DNA of 64,000 nucleotides from Octopus sinensis (lineage: Eukaryota), in the NCBI RefSeq assembly GCF_006345805.1, contig NC_042999.1, forward strand, positions 25,234,001-25,298,000, written 5' to 3'. Shown in pieces: positions 1-12,466 of this stretch. The position numbers and the translations under genes are program-made. The notes under the pieces were generated by a model. That model worked only from the letters and a program-made list of their open reading frames with translations, ran no database searches and was not told the origin of the DNA. How positions within the stretch are numbered: position 1 is the first letter of the stretch; every line of letters begins with the position of its first letter.

Positions 1-544
1 AATCAAGGACTGAAAAACTGCACAGCTGAGTGAGTCCGTGAAGTGATTATTATTTCTTGCTTCATTATAAAGATAATTAGATTTGACCACCTGCTAATAA
101 TGTTTATAATAGAAAGAAAATGAAAGGTTGCAAAATTCACGCATTTTCTTATAAAAGTAGTTTCAGTAACGTCATGAGTTCTAAGTAAAGGGCTTCTAAT
201 TCTTCGATCGAAAATTCGATGTCACCTTTCGTAAAGATAATTACTTCCTCTGCCTTCCGGAAATTTTAATTTTCTTTTGGCACTCTATGTGTTTAACACT
301 TGACGTTTGAAACAAAATTGTTTTGTAACCAAGTCGTCTTATTAACAAAGACACCAGTAAGTAACTTGATATGTATAGCTCAAAGTTAACATAATATACG
401 AGACTAGCACGAATGAGGCAGTGGAGTTGAGGCTATCGTAGCTTGGTGTTTGATCAGACTTTGACATCTAGCACTTTGTTTTAATTTTAACTCAGAAGTT
501 TTATTCCTCTCTTTCTCTCTCCTCACCCACACTCGCGCGCATGA

Positions 545-582
<38 letters not shown>

Positions 583-759
583 TTGCTATTATGCAAAAGT
601 GTCGTAAGTCTAAAATGAAAAAAATAGTTTCACTATTCCATGCTATGGAATGGTGAAACTATTCGATAGTTTGACCAAAAGAACCGGTTATTGGAAACAA
701 AAATAAATATTGAAAAAAAATGAAAAACATATGACAGTTTAACATAATAGCAACCTCCA

Positions 760-1275
760 CATCCCCACACCGCCACACCGCCACACCACATCACACATCA
801 CCATACCACCACACCATATCGCATCACCCCACACCACTTCACACACACTAGCACTGACGACTTCTCAGCACCCACACCATCATCCATACACCTGCACATT
901 ACAAACGCGCACACTTATACACGCACACATCCACACGTCAAAGTCACTAGCCCATATTCATATGCATACACTTGCACACTTTCTTTTAAACACAATCACG
1001 GCACCTTCATTTTGGGATCACCAGTACTTTATTATCTTCCCTTCTTCCTAGCTCTCCTGTCCAACTACCTTTATCTAACCAGTTGCCATGATTGACAGCT
1101 AAATCCACAAGTTTTTTTCTTCTCTCTCTATTTCCTCGTGTTCCCTTCTGATGAAGAGCGTAGGTTCGAAACGTAAAAGACTTTCTAGCTTTCTCGAGCA
1201 TCAAACTAATACACCTGCTTGTTGTTTATATACCCATTTTCATCTTTTGTTTTCTGTAAATTTCAACCATATGTA
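760..1275 (+). mobile_element. Penelope-like element 3' end / pLTR remnant with hammerhead
   Basis: 940..1270 aligns by eye with 53960..54310, which follows a GIY-YIG ORF. Ends at a (TA)n tract. Confidence 0.7.
1144..1179 (+). ncRNA. Minimal type I hammerhead ribozyme motif (helix III replaced by palindromic ACGT)
   Basis: cctt CTGATGA a gagc gtag gttc GAAAC GT A aaag. Core intact; stem I has one mismatch. Confidence 0.7.
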
Positions 1276-1353
<78 letters not shown>

Positions 1354-1387
1354 CTTTATTTAAAGCAGCAGAAAATTCAACAAAATC

Positions 1388-1424
1388 TGTTACTCTGAGT
1401 TTCTCGTTGCCGTTCATCAGACAG
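1388..1424 (-). ncRNA. Type I hammerhead ribozyme motif (left arm of palindrome 1)
   Basis: Minus strand: ctgt CTGATGA acggcaacga GAAAC tcaga GT A acag. Stem I is ctgt/acag. Confidence 0.65.
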
Positions 1425-1440
1425 TTTTTGCTAGCAAAAA

Positions 1441-1477
1441 CTGTCTGATGAACGGCAACGAGAAACCAGAGTAACAG
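1441..1477 (+). ncRNA. Type I hammerhead ribozyme motif (right arm of palindrome 1)
   Basis: ctgt CTGATGA a cg GCAA cg a GAAAC caga GT A acag. Predicted cleavage after 1473. Stem II is short with an A.A mismatch at 10.1/11.1. Confidence 0.65.
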
Positions 1478-1597
1478 ATTTTGTTGAATTTTCTGCTGCT
1501 TTAAATAAAGCATATTACTCTACCACTGGTATTTGATTACTCTTTTTTCCACCTTGTTTCACATTTATGTGTTTACTCCGGTATATATATATATATA

Positions 1598-1637
<40 letters not shown>

Positions 1638-1722
1638 TATTTGAGACAAAACCACTATTTTGCAAAACAAACAAGGAAAGACTTAATCAATACATAAAAT
1701 TAATAAATAGTCAAAAAAACCG

Positions 1723-1765
1723 CCACTACAATCGTTTCTTGTCTTGATCGACAATCTTCAGGTGG
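1723..1765 (-). ncRNA. Type I hammerhead ribozyme motif (left arm of palindrome 2)
   Basis: Exact reverse complement of 1861..1903. Confidence 0.8.
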
Positions 1766-1860
1766 ACTTCCAATCTAAAAAATCAAATTTTAAAATATAA
1801 AAATAATACTTTTAAAAGTATTATTTTTATATTAAAATTTTGATTTTTTAGATTGGAAGT

Positions 1861-1903
1861 CCACCTGAAGATTGTCGATCAAGACAAGAAACGATTGTAG
1901 TGG
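1861..1903 (+). ncRNA. Type I hammerhead ribozyme motif (right arm of palindrome 2)
   Basis: ccac CTGAAGA ttgtc gatcaa gacaa GAAAC gatt GT A gtgg. Stem I ccac/gtgg (4 bp), stem II 5 bp, all core nucleotides present, GUA site at 1899. Confidence 0.8.
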
Positions 1904-3286
1904 CGGTTTTTTTGACTATTTATTAAATTTTATGTATTGATTAAGTCTTTCCTTGTTTGGTTTGCAAAATAGTGGTTTTGTCTCAAATAATATTTTATAA
2001 TATTTTACTATAAAATTGGATTTATCCTAAATCTGATTTTTTCCCCTGTAAATTTGGAATATTCCCTAATATTTATTATATATAATATATATATATATAT
2101 TATGTGAAATAGAAAGATGAATAATCTTGTAGCAGATTAATCAAAAGTTTATATATCAGTTAGGATGGAATAGATTTCCCAAGGCGGGAAGGGGCGGATA
2201 ATGTTTTTTTTCATCGACACTTGGGCCGAATGCTTGCAAAACAGTGAACTTCGCTAAAAGCATCCAAGTTTTTAGAGTTGTGTTAAACCGGGCAATAGAC
2301 TATGTCTACCATCCAAGTCTACTAACTGTTATGGGATTTGAATTCAGAACGAAAGGCAGTTTGCCACTCTTACAGCCAATCTACCACCCTGGATAGGTAC
2401 TATTTTATCGGCCCTTAAGGGATAAGAGACATGATTGACCTAGATAAGATTTGAATTTAATGTTCAGGGAGCCAGAATGAATACTGCGATCATAGACACT
2501 CTAAAACACACCACACTTACTATCTTTAGTTCATCTCTTTGAAATAAAGACCAGTTAAGTATGATACAATTTCAGTACATTTTCTTGGTCAGAAGAAACT
2601 GCTTCCATTTCATCCCACTCCAATCATCTGTGTAAATCCTTGTATTTAAAGCAAATTCTGCTTGTGTTAACAGCTGCTGTGCGATCACTTATGTTTGCCT
2701 TTGTGTGTATTTCCTTGTGTGTGGACCAAACTTTTCTATTTAAGGATAATTTTTTTTACAGAGTATTCTGCACCAAATATAGATTTTAATCAGACTCTAA
2801 GGGTTTCCAATTGCACTGCTGCATGTAAATGTTGATATAATTTATACCCGTCCCTTGCCTAAATTACATCAAATTTTAGTTGTACAACAAAAAAGAACAG
2901 GAATAAATTGATTTTAGTCCGAATCGTAATTGAAGAAAATAACAGGAGAAAAAACACTTCAATGTCTATGGATAGAAAGTAAAGTAAATAGTTTAGTAGA
3001 TAAAACGAGTGCTTGGCTGTTCATATCTCGTTACTAGCAGTGTGATGATTTATCTACAGTACTCAATATTCTAATGACTAAATTCCACTTGGCTGTGGGA
3101 AGATACCAAAAAGAAAGGGACAACGAAGGATTGCCAGTTTCTCTCCTACCGTTTTACAAAGGGGAAAGAAAGTTGGATTATATAGTTTGAAAATAAGAAA
3201 TGATCATTTATCTGCTTCTTTACAGCTAGCCTTAGATAAACAACAACAATAAGAATAGGAACAACTGTAGATAGAGATAATAATTG

Positions 3287-3795
3287 AACAAAGTAAGTGG
3301 TTCGTTACATTTCTGCGCTAGTTTCGCCTGTGGATAGTATTATAACCCGATTTCATTCGGATCTACTCGGGCCACATTTTAGAGACGAGGAATTCAAAAA
3401 AAAAAAAAGAAAAACGAAAATTTTATTAAAAATTAAAAAGAAAATGAGGGCAAAAAGCATTCGTTTTTTCACAATCGTTTCCTAGCAGCCGGAATTTCGC
3501 AACAAAATGTATGTTTATTAAGCACAACAGCCTGCAGTGCATGCCGCTGGGCATTGAAAGCCAATCGCACAAACCTAGACGGGCTCTGGGCCCCCTTGAA
3601 TCGATAAAAATTTTTGCCATAGCAACCACATCTTTATAGCTTGCGAATTTTAACCATCGCGAGTCTCATCCACACTAGCGATTTAGTATCCCTGCCAATT
3701 TTCAGCTCGATCCTAGCCTCAGTTTGGCCGCCATTAACCGTCAAAGAAAAAATGTGCATACAATTTTCGTCCAGAGACTGTTTTATAGATATAGA
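3287..3795. mobile_element. Possible non-autonomous Helitron/Helentron-like element
   Basis: The right end (ccaattttcagctcgatcc...ttttatagatataga) resembles the ends of the other rolling-circle elements here. The left boundary is uncertain. Confidence 0.3.
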
Positions 3796-4160
3796 CAAGG
3801 ATGGCTTCCAGAAAACTTACACTCGATAAACACTATATAAAGATAACGTTTTCTATGGCAGTACCACTGGTTAAACGGTTTAAGTTAGAAGAAACATCAA
3901 TGCGACACACATACATACCTACACACATATACATACACATGCATACCTACACACACGCAAACATACACATGCATACCTACATACATACGCATACCCACAC
4001 ACATACATACACACACGCGCTTTATGATTTGCTGAAATTTGGATTTAGGCTATAGCGTGGAGAAGAGCCCATTAAAGTTGAGGTAAGAAAGAAAACAAGC
4101 TATTGATATTTGGAATCGTTCATTACGATCGTTTGATCCCCCCAATATATATATATATAT

Positions 4161-4244
<84 letters not shown>

Positions 4245-4251
4245 TATATAA

Positions 4252-4296
<45 letters not shown>

Positions 4297-4889
4297 TACG
4301 TATTTAAAAATAAACTACCATGTTAAGCGAATATATCAAAATATGAAACCAGCTTCAACATACTGTCCATATACACCATGTTCAAGCAAAAAAAAAAAAA
4401 GTTGAATTTAACAAATATTGACAAAAACATAGATTATTACAATGATAAAAAATAACAATAGCGATTTGAACGAAATAACCAAGAAGTATCTTAAAAATAG
4501 TTATAGACAAATATTTAAAAAATACAGAAATATAAAATAAAAGATAAAACTAACAGATATGTAGAAGATAAGGATAAAAACATTCCCCAAGAAAGGCTCC
4601 CAATAAAACGATAATGAATAAAAGAATAAAGAAATCGAATTGAGATATAAAATATGATGCATAATTTATTCAGAAAATAAAAATAGAAGAAATATTTTAT
4701 AAAGATATAAAAAAAAAGCCCGAAGAAGTGTTGACAGTAGAAAATACTTTGGTGCAAATAGAATTAGTGATCAAAGCAAAAGCTGAGAGACAGCAGCCGA
4801 ACTGGAATAATTAGGAGAGACAAATAACCTCAAAGATATAGATATAAAGTTTAAAACACCTAATGATCATTTGCTAGTAACTTAAAGAG

Positions 4890-4968
<79 letters not shown>

Positions 4969-5163
4969 CATGTACTGCGAACTGATGCTATCAGTTACAC
5001 ACGTATGCATATGCTAAACATGCATACAAGTCCAATCGCAGAGAGAAACGGTTACAGATGCCTCACTCAGTGAGAGCCTCAGACACGCACATCACAAAGG
5101 GCTGCACCTGTGCACGAAGGCACGCTGAGTATTGCAGAATATCAGCTAAAAGTATGAAGAAGT

Positions 5164-5935
5164 AGGCGGCGAGCTGGCAGAAACGTTAGAACGCCGGGTG
5201 AAATACGTAGCCGTATTTCGTCTGCCGTTACGTTCTGAGTTCAAATTTCGCCGAGGTCGACTTTGCCTTTCATCCTTTCGGGGTCGATTAAATAAGTACC
5301 AGTTACGCACTGGGGTCGATGTAATCGACTTAATCCGTTTGTCTGTCCTTGTTTGTCCCCTCTGTGTTTCGCCCCTTGTGGGTAGCAAAGAAATAGGTAT
5401 TTTGTCTGCCACTACGTTTCTGAGTTCAAATTCCGCCGAGGTCGACTTTGCCTTTCATCCTTTCGGGGTCGATTAAATAAGTACCAGTTACGCACTGGGG
5501 TCGATGTAATCGACTTAATCCGTTTGTCTGTCCTTGTTTGTCCCCTCTGTGTTTCGCCCCTTGTGGGTAGCAAAGAAATAGGTATTTTGTCTGCCACTAC
5601 GTTTCTGAGTTCAAATTCCGCCGAGGTCGACTTTGCCTTTCATCCTTTCGGGGTTGATTAAATAAGTACCAGTTACGCACTGGGGTCGATGTAATCGACT
5701 TAATCCGTTTGTCTATCCTTCCTTGTCCTCTCTGTGTTTAGCCCCTTGTGGGTATTAAAGAAGTAGGTATTTCGTCTGTCTTTACGTTCTGAGTTCAAAT
5801 TCCGCCGAGGTCGACTTTGCTGAGGTAATTCTTTCGGGGGTCGATAAAATAAGTATCAGCTGCGCACGGGATCGATATAATCGACTGGCCCCGTCCCCCC
5901 AAATTTCGGGCCTTGTGCCTAGAGCAGTAAAGAAT
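5164..5935 (+). mobile_element. tRNA-like SINE family C with four tandem internal units of 184-185 bp
   Basis: One head (ggcggcgagctggcagaa), units starting tctgcc at 5221, 5405, 5590 and 5775, and one terminal tail (cccccaaatttcgggccttgtgcc). The central gtcgactttgcctttcatcctttcggggtcgat resembles the Meta-type SINE domain (from memory). Confidence 0.85.
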
Positions 5936-6169
5936 ATAAGTAAGAAGAAGTGATCACATGGAAAAACATCATAGCACCACCGCAACGTTGACAAAAATGC
6001 ACACGTTCATAATTCTCTATCTAATTTCATAGACATAACCACAGCTAGGCTTGCACATGGTCCACTTAGCTTAAACACATTTACAGAGAATACAACCGAT
6101 TACATACTGACAACAGTATCGGTAAATTGCTCACTACATTATAAACAAACGAGTAAAACACATATACGC

Positions 6170-6232
6170 CATTATACTACTGCTGCTACTACCACTACTA
6201 CCACTACTACCACTACTACCACTACTACCACC

Positions 6233-6299
<67 letters not shown>

Positions 6300-6300
6300 T
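6170..6300. repeat. (CTA/CCA)n trinucleotide tract
   Basis: Directly visible. Confidence 0.95.
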
Positions 6301-6372
6301 ATGCTAGAGCTGTGAAATCTTGCATGCATTAATTTCAACACCTCTTATTAATAACTGCCTTGTTTCTTTTCA

Positions 6373-7502
6373 GGTAAACTGACATCTGACTGCTCGAAGA
6401 GGATTTCAGAAGCAGCTCGTAGAGATTTCTCTTGAAAATGGGACAAAATTTGGCATCGTCATGTTATCAAGTACCTGCAGAAAAAAGTGTTTAGCCCCAT
6501 AGGACATTCATGCTTGCGGATGAGGGTCAGCTTTATCAACTGTGCGAAAGCAGGCATCTGAATTTAGGATGGGAAGTCTTGAAGATGACCCAAAGTCTGA
6601 CGTCCTACAACTGCCCTCACCGAGGAAAACATTGATCGTGTTCACCACATGCTGATAGATGACAGGCGATAAATCAAATAACTAATGCTATTAGCATATC
6701 CCGTGAGATGATTGAGAATATTCTGCATAATGATCTTGGCATGACAAAGGTTTTTGCTCGGTGGGTGCCATGTCTTCTGAAACCTGATCAAAAGCACACC
6801 AGTCTCATTACAATCATAGCAAAATCTGACATTGTTTCAAGCAAATCCAGCTGGTTTCCTTGAATGTTTCATAAGCCAAGATGAGTGATGGGTTCAACAC
6901 TTTGAGTTAGAGGCAAAGAGACAATCCGTGCAGTGGAAACACCCTTCCTCGTCTGCTACAAAGACTGCCGTGGTCGTTTCATCAGCAGGGAAGGCTATGG
7001 CCTCAGTTTTTTTGGATGCAAAAGGCATTATGATTATTGACTAACTTCAAAAGGGTTACACCATCAGTGGTGAGTACTATGCCAACTTGCTGAGGCAGTT
7101 ACGGAAGGCTATTAGAAAGAAACGCCCAGGAAAACTGACGAAAAGGAGTTGTTTCATCAGGACAATGCTCCAGCACATAAGTCCTTGGTTGAAATGACTG
7201 CCTTGCATGACTGTAGCTTTGAATCGATTGATCAGCCTCCCTATTCTCCTGAATTGGCCCCATCTAACTATCATCTGTTTTCCAATAGGAAAAAGCACTC
7301 GCATGTTGACGTTATATCTGATGTTGATGACATTTTTTTAGCAACAAGATTAAAGCTTCTTCCTCAATAGAATCCAAGCACCACAACACCGATGGAAAAG
7401 TGTGAGGACCGCAAGGGGGACTATGTTGAAAAACAAACCCCATTTGGTCACATTCTATGAGTGAATCTTGGTCAGTCTGTGAACTTTTCAGCCGATCCTT
7501 AT
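6373..7502 (+). mobile_element. Degraded mariner transposon, irritans-like; transposase pseudogene
   Basis: Frameshifted motifs KVFARWVP, SAGKAMASVF, HQDNAPAH and PPYSPELAPSNYHLF. Right TIR remnant gaacttttcagc near 7481; left TIR not seen. Confidence 0.9.
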
Positions 7503-7687
7503 GTGAATACATACACACACACGTACGCACGCGCCGGCGCGCACACATACACACACACTATATATATATATAATGCAAACGTTGACAGTGTGTACTCGTA
7601 GATGAGAGTAGAAGTAAGAAGAAATAAATCTGACTTTTTGCTATTTCTTGCCTGTTTTCTAAGGCCGTACGAAGCTCCTTTTCTCAA

Positions 7688-7964
7688 ATCTTTTACTCTC
7701 TTTTACTGGTTTCAGTCGTTTGACTGCGGTCATGCTGGAGCACCGCCTTTAGTCGAGCAAATCGACCCCAGAACTTATGCTTTGTAAGCCTAGTGCTTAT
7801 TCTATCGGTCTCTTTTACCGAACCGCTAAGTTACGGGGATGTAAATACACCACCATCGATTGTCAAGCGATGTTGGGGGGACAAACACGGACACACAAAC
7901 ATATATATACACACGCACACATAAATACACACACACACACACACATATATATAAGAAACCTGTC

Positions 7965-8040
<76 letters not shown>

Positions 8041-8179
8041 GACAGGCTTCTCTCAGTTTCTGTCTATCAAATCCACTCACAAGGATTTGGTCGGCCCGAG
8101 GTGCTAAACAGTTGGAATGAACTCGGAACCATGTGGTTGGTAAGCAAGCTACTTACCACACAGCCACTCCTGCGTCTAT
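7688..8179 (-). mobile_element. SINE family B (tRNA-like head, CORE-like block, internal microsatellite)
   Basis: Reverse complement of the copies at 16631 and 60174, with an internal deletion. Confidence 0.85.
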
Positions 8180-9619
8180 ATCGACTTGTTTTAAAAAATA
8201 AAACATTTACTTTTAATAAGAAATGTGAACCTTGAAAAACTTTCCCATTGTTGATAAATTAATGAAAACAATTTCGTGATTGAAGCTGTCTCCTGTTACG
8301 TTATACTTTATAAAATATTTCTTAATTTAAAAAGGAAAATGTTGAACATCACTTGACATTAATCAATGTAGATCCCGTTGGGATGAAAAGGTATGACGTA
8401 ATGGGAGACTAGTTAAATGGTCTATTTCAGGTGTGATCATTGGTTCTGACAGCTGTCAATGCCTACTGGCAATAATTTCTTCATATATCTGTAGAATATC
8501 TCCGTTTTAAGACCAGGATCGTGAAGTGAATTTAGAAGTTAACAGAATTTTTCAATATTTTGGTGATTCTTGACGTCCAGTTTCTGATGCTGTAATGTTT
8601 ACTTTAACAATTGCAGTGTCTTCCACGCCTCTGTTCTAGTGGCAAGTTCTTGGGAAACTTTATTCCTGTCTCATTTCTTATATTTAATTTGTTTCTACGC
8701 GTATATATTGATAGAAATAACTTCCACGGGGTAAACAATTCATCCTTATGCTGTTACGAGACCAACTAGAAATGATAGACGATTGTCTCTCGGATCACAT
8801 TCAGCTGACTTAAAAGGGAAGGACACAAGTTAATGCAGTCGCGTAAACATTTAAACACGAGTTGGGACAACTTTGATTTCACCCTGCAAGTAAATGGCTG
8901 ACTTAGGGTAAAGCAGTTGAAACAAGGCCGTCTCTTAATACAACCTCATTTCTCTTCCATGTTAAATTGATTTTTATCAAACAAATCTCCCATTCCTTTG
9001 CGTAAGTGAAATGAAAGTGGTTCTGTATTTTATTAATAACCACCAAGACTACACTAAGTGTTGTTGTGTGACCTAAACATAAGCAAAATATTGAACAATG
9101 AAATATAATGTATCTCCCCACCATGAAATTTTTAGATCCTGTTTCGATTCACAATCGAGAGTCAATCTGAATATTTTTTTATCATTTAATCAGAAGGGAA
9201 GGCAAGCCCCATGGCCTGTTACAGGACCTCTGCGACTGCTTGGAGAGCAGGTCACTTCAAATCGGATGCCTTGCTGGAATACTTGCAATAAAGTGGACTC
9301 TGACAGAGGCGCCTAAGGAGCCAGGTAGTGGTATTAACTTCCCGAATGGTGACTTAAGTGTACTACCCATGTGGGCACCTGCTTGATTCGAACTGAGCCA
9401 GAACAAATATGGTGAGGCAACCGGTAAGGCTCTACCAACCAGCTGCTTTGGATTGCAACTTCTGTTTGTAATTGGTCCCCGCCCTGAAACGATAGGATGA
9501 AATGTAAAATTGACCTTGGGAGGATTTGAACTTAGAGCGCAGCAAGTGGCAGCAGAGAAAGCAAAGCATTCTGACCGACTTGTTAATGACTTTGCCAATC
9601 TATAATTAGTATTCTTGAG

Positions 9620-10300
9620 AAGAAGGCGGCGAGCTGGCAAAATCGTTAGCACGCCGGGCGAAATACGTTGCCGTATTTCGTCTGCCGTTACGTTGTGAGT
9701 TCAAATTCCGCCGAGGTCGACTTTGCCTTTCATCTTTTAGGGGTCGATTAAATAAGTACCAGTTGCGCACAGAGGTCGATGTAATCGACTTAATATCTAT
9801 GTCTGCCCTTATTTGTCCCCTCTGTCTGTAGGCTCTTGTGGGCAGTAAAGAAATAGGTATTTCGTTTGCCTTTACGTTTGGAGTTCAAATTCCGCCGAGG
9901 TCGACTTTGCCTTTCATCCTTTCTGGGTCGATAAATTAAGTATCAGTTGCATACTGGGGTCGATCTAATCGACTGACCCACTCCCCCCCAAATTTCGGGC
10001 CTTGTGTCTTGAGTAGAAAGGAATATTCTTGTGAAGAAGGCGGCGAGCTAGCAGAATCGTAAGCATGCCGGGCGAAATGCTTAGCGGTATTTCGTCTGCC
10101 GTTACGTTGTGAGTTCAAATTCCACTGAGGTCGACTTTGCCTTTCATCCTTTCGGGGTCGATAAATTAAGTACCAGTTACGCACTGGGGTCGATGTAATC
10201 GACTTAATACCTATGTCTGTCCTTGTTTGTCCCCTCTATGTTTAGCCCCTTGTGGGTAATAAAGAAATAGGTATTTCATCTGTCTTTAAATTTTGAGTTC
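9620..10300 (+). mobile_element. Two head-to-tail SINE family C copies; the first has a duplicated internal unit
   Basis: Heads near 9622 and 10036; same unit and tail as 5164..5935. Confidence 0.85.
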
Positions 10301-10861
10301 GAGATGATCACGCAATTTTCATCGCTAAATAACGATACTTTCTTTCACATAAAACATACTATTCATTTCCGATCATCAGATTTTCTTTATTGCCACTTTC
10401 CATGAAAAATGTAACACTGTCATTGTGTGGAACAAAAGCGTATGCAAATTTCATCTGCTTGCAATTTTTCCCGGCATGCCATCGGCTCTGCCAGCTGTCA
10501 TAATAAAAAATCGCTTTATGTTACTACCACTGCCATTCCCCCACTTCTACACTGCTAGCAATACCAACACACCAGCATTCTCACTACTATCACCGCTCTC
10601 ACCATTACCACCACTACCATTATTATGACCACTACCACCACACCACTATAACTATCAGCCCTAATATCATGACAACCACCACAACCGCCACCACCACCAC
10701 CACCACCACCACATCGCCAATTGAATATTGGAATCGATGTAATTGACCCTAACCCCCTCCACCGAAATTGCTGGCCTTGTGCAAAAATACGAAACCTATT
10801 ATTACTACCACCATATTCAACCATTTTTACTATCAACATCAACCGTATCTTTAATACCTAT

Positions 10862-11208
10862 TTATATACAACCCACAAGGTTTTAAACACAGAGGGGACA
10901 AACAAGGACATACAAACGGATTAAGTCGATTATATCGACCCCAGTGCGCATCTGATACTTTATTTATCGACCCTGAAAGGATGAAAGGCAAAGTCGACCT
11001 CGGCGGAATTTAAACTCAGAACGTAATGGCAGACGAAAGACGCAATACCTATTTCTTTACTACCCACAAGGGGCTAAACAGAGAGAGGACAAACAAGGAC
11101 AGACAAACGGGTTAAGTCGATTACATCGACCCCAGTGTGTAACTGGTACTTTATTTATCGACCCCGAAAGGATGAAAGGCAAAGTCGACCTCGGCGGAAT
11201 TTGAACTC
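10862..11208 (-). mobile_element. SINE family C, two internal units, head missing
   Basis: Reverse complement of the 185-bp unit, present twice. Confidence 0.85.
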
Positions 11209-11209
11209 G

Positions 11210-11460
11210 TCTCTACAAAGGGTCATGAACATTTTCTTTCTGGCGTAATGGAACGCACCCCCCCAACACACACACAGTGACCGCGTGTGTACCGTTGGTG
11301 ATTTTTTTCCTCTGTCTTCCCTTCTCTGGATCTTTCCTTCTCCTATGTTTCCGACGAAGAGCTCCGCTCGAAACGTTAAACCCTCCAATAATACTACATT
11401 TGTTCCACGTCCTCGCGTTGTTGTGTTTTCTCTTTGTGTTTTCATGTTTGGATTAACTTT
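11210..11460 (+). mobile_element. PLE-type pLTR remnant with hammerhead at 11347..11381
   Basis: gttt CCGACGA a gagc tcc gctc GAAAC GT T aaac. Stems I and II are perfect; core U4 is C. Ends at (TA)n. Confidence 0.6.
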
Positions 11461-11471
11461 ATATATGTATA

Positions 11472-11527
<56 letters not shown>

Positions 11528-11797
11528 AATCTATTTTGTCTTGCGTGTGAGACTAAGCACGCACAGTTAAATGACGATTTATTGTTTTAATTTACTCTGT
11601 AAATATGAAAAATCAGAGGTCAGGTATCTGACCTCAGTATTTCACCAAGCATTAGTATTGCGTGATACTGTGTAAAAAGTGTTGTCAAAATCGTCTTCAA
11701 ATTCTATCGTAAAGGTTGTATTGAATTCTTGAACATGAAGAGATCACTGAGTCTTAAGTTAAATTAGCAAGGAAAAAGGCTCCAGTTTTATTGAAAA

Positions 11798-12178
11798 CTA
11801 GCAGTATCGCCCGGCGTTGCTCGCGTTTATAAGCATTTTTAGAGATGTAAAGTATAATAGCCATCTTAATATGGCTAACCACAAGGGGGGGGGTGTTACT
11901 GTAACTTTTTACATTCTGAGATTTAATAATAAATTTTTAGAGAGTTACTTCCCTTATATAATAGCAAAAAATGCATTAAAAATGGGAAAAAATGATGGTA
12001 AATTTTTTTTAAATCGTAGACTCATCGTAGACGGGCGCTAATACCCAGAAGGGCTCGATATGAATCACGACTATAAGATACCCGGTTTTGGTTACACTGC
12101 ACCGCAAAATGTGGGAGTAGTTAGGAATCTAAATCGTAGGAGACTGACATCACACAACCTCACTTTTATATATAAAGA
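11798..12178 (-). mobile_element. Non-autonomous Helitron
   Basis: The minus strand begins TC after a host A (12179) and ends CTAG before a host T (11797), with a subterminal inverted repeat about 10 nt before CTAG. No TSD. Second copy at 28739. Confidence 0.8.
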
Positions 12179-12466
12179 TTACCTTCATGCGAAGGTATTT
12201 CACAGTTCTTTTTAATATGTAAAATTTCTATCACACCTTCTTTTATCCAATTGTTGCTTCCATTTAGTGATTTTCTTATTGGATTGGCTTAATCGGTAGG
12301 CCATAGGGTTAAATTATATTTTTTTTTCTCGTTCTATATATTTTGAATTTAAATTCCACAGTGGGCTACTTAGCATTTAATCGTTCTCAGTTTCATTGAT
12401 TACTAGGGAAGTAATGGATCCAATTTCACTGGCTGCCAATCTATGCCGACGCACTACGGTTACATA

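Larger units (their letters stand above)
1354..1510. repeat. 157-bp spacer-less palindrome carrying two hammerheads
   Basis: Arms are reverse complements about gct|agc (1432/1433) with a 1-nt indel. Confidence 0.95.
1628..1999. repeat. 372-bp spacer-less palindrome carrying two hammerheads
   Basis: Arms are reverse complements about actttt|aaaagt (1813/1814) with only a few mismatches or indels. Confidence 0.95.

Noticed and set aside
140-320. Short minus-strand open stretch (AEEVIIFTKGDIEFSIEELEALYLELMT)
   Set aside because: Too short, with no recognisable domain or convincing splice sites; needs tBLASTx or RNA-seq.
5221-5930. CRISPR-like or satellite array
   Set aside because: These are 184-185 bp units with no unique spacers, lying between a SINE head and tail in eukaryotic DNA.
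6361-6375. Splice acceptor tgtttcttttcag|gt suggesting a host exon
   Set aside because: The downstream sequence is the mariner relic, with stops and frameshifts.
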